From: Chloroflexota bacterium
Lineage (GTDB): Bacteria > Chloroflexota > Limnocylindria > Limnocylindrales > CSP1-4
Length of the DNA stretch: 64,000 nucleotides
Direction of reading: 5' to 3'
Assembly (NCBI GenBank): GCA_046328155.1
Contig: JAXLXC010000001.1
Coordinates: forward strand, 69,222 to 133,221
The notes under the pieces were generated by a model. The model did no database searches and was not told the origin of the DNA. It saw only the letters and a list, made by a program, of their open reading frames with translations. How positions within the stretch are numbered: the first letter of the stretch is position 1; the number at the start of each line of letters is the position of its first letter. This document shows, one piece after another, positions 63,384-64,000 of the stretch. The translations under genes were made by a program, and so were the position numbers.

Positions 63384-64000
63384 TCAGCTCGCCCATGACC
63401 TGGTCAGTCGGAAGTAGACCGCGGAGAACACGGCCAGGAAGCCGGCGAGCATCAGCGACAGCGCGGTCGCGGCGCCGTAGTCGCCGCCCAGGCTGTTCTG
63501 GAACGCGTACTTGTAGATGAGCAGCAGGATGGTCATCGTCGCGTTCGCGGGGCCGCCGCCCGTGAACAGGAAGGGCTCCAGGAACACCTGCGCGGTGCCG
63601 ATGATCTGGAGGATGAGCGTCACCAGCAGGACGCCTCGCAGCTGGGGCAGCGTGACGTGCCACACCTTGCGCACCAGGCCGGCGCCATCCACGGCCGCCG
63701 CGTCGTACAGCTCCACGGGGACCGCGACGAGGGCCGCCAGATAGATGATGACCGTGGCGCCCGCGTTGGCCCACGTGGCGAACAGGACCAGCGATGGCAT
63801 GGCCGTGGCCTTGCTCTGGAGCCATGGCTGGGGGTCCATGCCCAGCCAGCCGCCGATGGTGTTGAACACGCCCGTGGGGCTGCCGTCATAGAAGAAGCGC
63901 CACAGCAGGACCGCCACCACGGGCGGCACCACCACCGGCAGGTAGGCCAGGGCGCTGTACAGGCCACGTCGACGCCGGACCGTGCTCATGAGCACCGCCA
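63384..64000 (-). CDS. Carbohydrate ABC transporter permease (MalF type), 5' end outside window
   Basis: EAA loop YDAAAVDGAGLVRKVWHVTLPQL and multiple TM helices. The ORF runs off the right edge of the window. Confidence 0.85.
   Translation of the reverse strand, partial: AVLMSTVRRRRGLYSALAYLPVVVPPVVAVLLWRFFYDGSPTGVFNTIGGWLGMDPQPWLQSKATAMPSLVLFATWANAGATVIIYLAALVAVPVELYDAAAVDGAGLVRKVWHVTLPQLRGVLLVTLILQIIGTAQVFLEPFLFTGGGPANATMTILLLIYKYAFQNSLGGDYGAATALSLMLAGFLAVFSAVYFRLTRSWAS

Overview
The window is very GC-rich (about 70% or more by eye), densely coding and looks like chromosomal DNA. The gene content suggests Actinomycetota or Chloroflexota, but I cannot place it more precisely. I support about 60 protein-coding genes. 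Many are translationally coupled through ATGA, GTGA or TGATG stop/start overlaps. I found no rRNA, tRNA, CRISPR array, transposase, integrase or phage gene.

Content from left to right:
- An envelope-glycosylation locus with five paralogous GT4-like glycosyltransferases, a sixth GT and polyprenol-phosphate mannose synthase. It is co-directional with mreB-mreC and a secreted PASTA-domain protein.
- radC plus a methyltransferase.
- A guaA-led operon of uncharacterised membrane and secreted proteins that ends in a CPBP protease.
- Housekeeping and metabolic genes: aminotransferase, DmpA peptidase, DsbA, GuaB3, threonine dehydratase, tmk, CCA-adding enzyme, galE and Dps.
- Three RHH/VapB-PIN toxin-antitoxin pairs.
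- A two-component system.
- Three ECF sigma/anti-sigma modules, one of them decayed.
- Degenerate GGDEF and EAL proteins.
- A SpoIIIAA/R3H ATPase plus a GNAT.
- A glucosyl-3-phosphoglycerate synthase island.
- Sugar ABC permeases at the right edge.

Findings I rate highest:
1. An RHH-PIN module coupled to a ligase-like protein that lacks the catalytic lysine (46.7-48.1 kb).
2. A USP-USP-GpgS fusion inside a glycosyl-glycerate island (48.3-52.7 kb).
3. A 4-kb block in which every gene is broken by frameshifts or a nonsense codon (52.65-56.8 kb).
4. A caspase-like/PASTA secreted protein sitting where mreD-pbp2-rodA would normally follow mreBC.
5. An apparent frame break in tmk.
6. A perfect 26-bp palindrome with extra half-sites upstream of an ECF sigma operon.
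7. A duplicated gene 3' end flanking about 370 bp of non-coding DNA.

All functional calls come from reading the translated ORFs against family motifs I know. No database search was run.
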